DNA of 57,115 nt, filler included, from Streblomastix strix (taxonomy: Eukaryota): the NCBI GenBank assembly GCA_008636045.1. It is 2 parts of 2 records of this genome, joined end to end, with 100 filler letters (N's around TTAATTAATTAA, not from the genome) between each part and the next. Parts side by side here need not be neighbours in the genome. Positions count along the whole stretch, not along the records: positions 28,618 to 57,115 come from SNRW01000122.1; 1 more part is not named here. One strand, given 5' to 3'. Numbering within the stretch: the first letter of the stretch is position 1; each line of letters starts with the position of its first letter. Below, one piece after another: positions 56,071 through 57,115 of the stretch. A program made the position numbers and the translations under genes. The notes beneath the pieces were generated by a model. It ran no database searches. It worked only from the letters and a program-made list of their open reading frames with translations, and was not told the origin of the DNA.

Positions 56071-57114
56071 TCATTCATGCTTTGCTTGAGGAGCTGCAGT
56101 TGCATTAGATGATGCTGGTTAGTTGGGTAATGAGTTCGCGAATTGATTCTATTATTGATTTGGGAACTAGCTTGGTTGTTATAGCTGGCTATTGTAGTAA
56201 TTGAGGTACGGGGAAATGATGCCTTATCGATCTCTTTTGAAAGGACCACCTCTACCTCGGCTCCATTAGCGAAAGTTATTTGAATTATTATATGGTTACT
56301 AGTGACTTGGTAATGTGGAAGATTAGTAGCTGAAAGGCTATGGTAGTGGTAGTATCTGAATAATTGGTTGTTAATATTGCTAAGCTTATGGGGTTGTTGG
56401 AGCTTATTGAGTGGAACTTTGAGATTATTAAATCGATTTAGGCGTTATGGATTATTATTCTTTAGGCTATTCGATTAATTTTGCAGTTTTTGCTTGTTCC
56501 TTAAGTTTATCTTTTGATTTTTGACCAAGAACTTCAGAAACTCCCACGTTTGGACCTAGGAGGCCTTTAAAAATGTCTGGGACAAGGGCTTGCTCTCGTC
56601 TCTACTAGGCTTTGCCAGCAATGATTCGGTCGTAGTGGTGTGATGTTAACATCCATTGCGTTGCTGATTCGAAGTCTCCTGTCGCCAGGCTTGTAATTGC
56701 GGTTGCTGCAGCTCTTTGTCCGTCAACTGCTAATTTGCATATTTCTGCCTCGAATTCAAGGTCCGCATCACCTGCTCTTTCGATTGCACCCTTTTTATTC
56801 ACCTCCAGACCCAGTGTTGACTATATACGATCGTCAAGAGCTTCTAGTTCGTATTTCGTTGCGCGTCTACCTGTTGGATCCATGTCAGCGATTTTCTCGT
56901 TGTAGTACTGTTCTATTAAGAGCTTTGCCGAATTAATTTATTAGATTTAGTGTTCCTCTTCGGGAGTATGTGCTGTCTAGTTTAGTAGGCTCTTCATGAA
57001 CGGTAGAACGGCATCTTATTTCATTTGCGGGGTTTGGAGAGCGGCTGGTGGTTATTCCGCTTGTAAATTGTTTTCAGGTTGTATATTCAGAGCAGGGGGA
57101 TCGGCGTCTGCCAT
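56071..57114 (-). CDS. DIRS gag-like ORF1 (347 aa)
   Basis: ATG 57114 to TGA 56073-56071 with no internal TGA; helical core, then a Gln-rich tail with RGRGG; lies upstream of pol. Confidence 0.75.
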
Positions 57115-57115
57115 T

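Larger units (their letters stand above)
52198..57115 (-). mobile_element. DIRS1-like tyrosine-recombinase retrotransposon (left terminus outside the window)
   Basis: gag-like ORF, RT-RNaseH-methyltransferase ORF, overlapping YR ORF, and an internal region complementary to the terminus. Confidence 0.93.

Noticed and set aside
6294..56936. Most short ORFs in the supplied track, including hydrophobic F/L/I-rich ones
   Set aside because: They are antisense or off-frame shadows of K/E/Q-rich genes, or fragments caused by treating TAA/TAG as stops.
6772..57114. Widespread pseudogenisation suggested by in-frame TAA/TAG
   Set aside because: TAR falls at conserved Gln positions and the frames stay intact to TGA.

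Overview
AT-rich eukaryotic (protist) genomic DNA in a non-canonical code: TAA/TAG encode Gln and TGA is the only stop (NCBI table 6), so the supplied ORF track fragments nearly every gene. The code, 45-100 nt GT-AG introns, tubulin sequence and retroelement type fit an oxymonad such as Streblomastix (inference). Two contigs are joined by an artificial N44-TTAATTAATTAA-N44 linker at 28518-28617. Left contig: U1-C, an inverted alpha-tubulin pair, dephospho-CoA kinase, a ~3950-aa Scc2/Nipped-B with a PHD finger (broken by a 2.5-kb template-switch duplication), a small membrane protein and a large chromodomain-tailed protein. Right contig: a NEK pseudokinase, a coiled-coil protein, a class I phosphodiesterase, an intronless 1777-aa orphan, a CDK7-like kinase and kinesin-2. 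An apparently intact DIRS-type tyrosine-recombinase retrotransposon is inserted in the kinesin-2 tail. Its 3' region is the most unusual part: an ICR that reads as the circle junction, two lox-like palindromes, and an array of four fixed-length 33-nt stem-loop units. All calls come from manual translation and motif recall; no database searches were run.
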